64,000 nt of DNA, from assembly GCA_976551045.1 (NCBI GenBank), contig CDPCPM010000106.1, forward strand, positions 23,374,001 to 23,438,000. Direction: 5' to 3'. Positions 63,191 through 64,000 of this stretch are shown piece after piece. Both the position numbers and the translations under genes were made by a program. The notes below the pieces were generated by a model. It was not told the DNA's origin and did no database searches. It saw only the letters and a list, made by a program, of their open reading frames with translations. The stretch comes from Glaucostegus cemiculus (lineage: Eukaryota). The first letter of the stretch is position 1. Every line of letters begins with the position of its first letter.

Positions 63191-64000
63191 AAAAGACCAC
63201 ATCAGAAGCTGAACAACCAATGTTAAAGAATATTTCTCTTTTATCAAAAATATCAATTTCTGAGAGTAAATTTTCTGAATATTTTACAATCCCAGCACAT
63301 TAAAAAGTGTAAACTCAATTTTTAGTAGTTTATAGTGCAAAATATAAATGGGGGAATAAAAATGAGATTAAAAGAGAAATAACATAACAAGCATAAAGAT
63401 TATTTCTAAAAAAAAAATCAGATATTTGTTAGAAGAAAGGATATCATTCACAAAGGAAATGAGTTTTTTTTTAGGGCCAGCGAGCAGCAATTAAGGTTTA
63501 GTATACCACTAAAAACTCAGTCATATCTCATGCAACACAACATAAAATATTCAGGGCTTCTATGCACTGAGAATAGTTTTTAATTATTTGATTTGGGTCA
63601 GATCACTGACTTTGGTTAAGTCAGATAAGGCTTCAAAGCAGCACACACCATGGAGGAGTAGGGAATTGCTGGCAGCAACTCCTGAAGTTCTAGATTCAAT
63701 GGTAGAAACTAATGGCATTCGCTGTTCCAGTAAAACTGTAGCCTGGGCTTATGGGGACCTTTGAAGGACTGGGATACACTAAATGAACCCATCCCTGCAC
63801 TCAAGTGCTGTTGGGATTTCCAATTCAATGCCACATCAGGCTTGGAGTAGAATCAAAGACCCCAGTTTCAATGGGGATTCTAGCTGAACAGATTAAGAAG
63901 CTGGGAAGCAAATGGGAAAGGAAGTGATTTTTTTTTAGAATTATTTTATTTTAGCATAATGTTTTTATTTTTTAGTTTAATGCTTTTCTATGCATTTTAA

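Noticed and set aside
53300-64000. Downstream neighbour gene such as PSMB2
   Set aside because: No matching exon seen; synteny cannot be confirmed in this window.

Overview
Eukaryotic, AT-rich, repeat-laden vertebrate DNA; the repeat set (CR1/HER1-type LINEs, V-domain HE1-type SINEs, Rex1, RTE, Penelope-derived elements, Deu-type SINEs) points to a cartilaginous fish (inference). The only host gene I can support is the 3' part of an AP-2 family transcription factor on the + strand, most likely TFAP2E: four coding exons equivalent to exons 4-7 (24342-24567, 24950-25068, 39291-39432, 51649-51940) with canonical AG/GT sites and compatible phases, followed by a 3' UTR. Exons 1-3 were not found and probably lie upstream of the window. 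Nearly all other listed ORFs are retroelement/transposon fragments or chance ORFs. The most notable unexplained structures are a ~340-bp diverged element present twice (5642-5980 and 10086-10428), a fully pairable 29-bp-arm hairpin downstream of the gene (53199-53261), decayed hammerhead-ribozyme cores in Penelope-derived repeats, a CpG-rich minisatellite-bearing insert, and a possible intron-5 read-through isoform. All family assignments are by eye and from memory of consensus motifs; no searches were run, and repeat boundaries are approximate.
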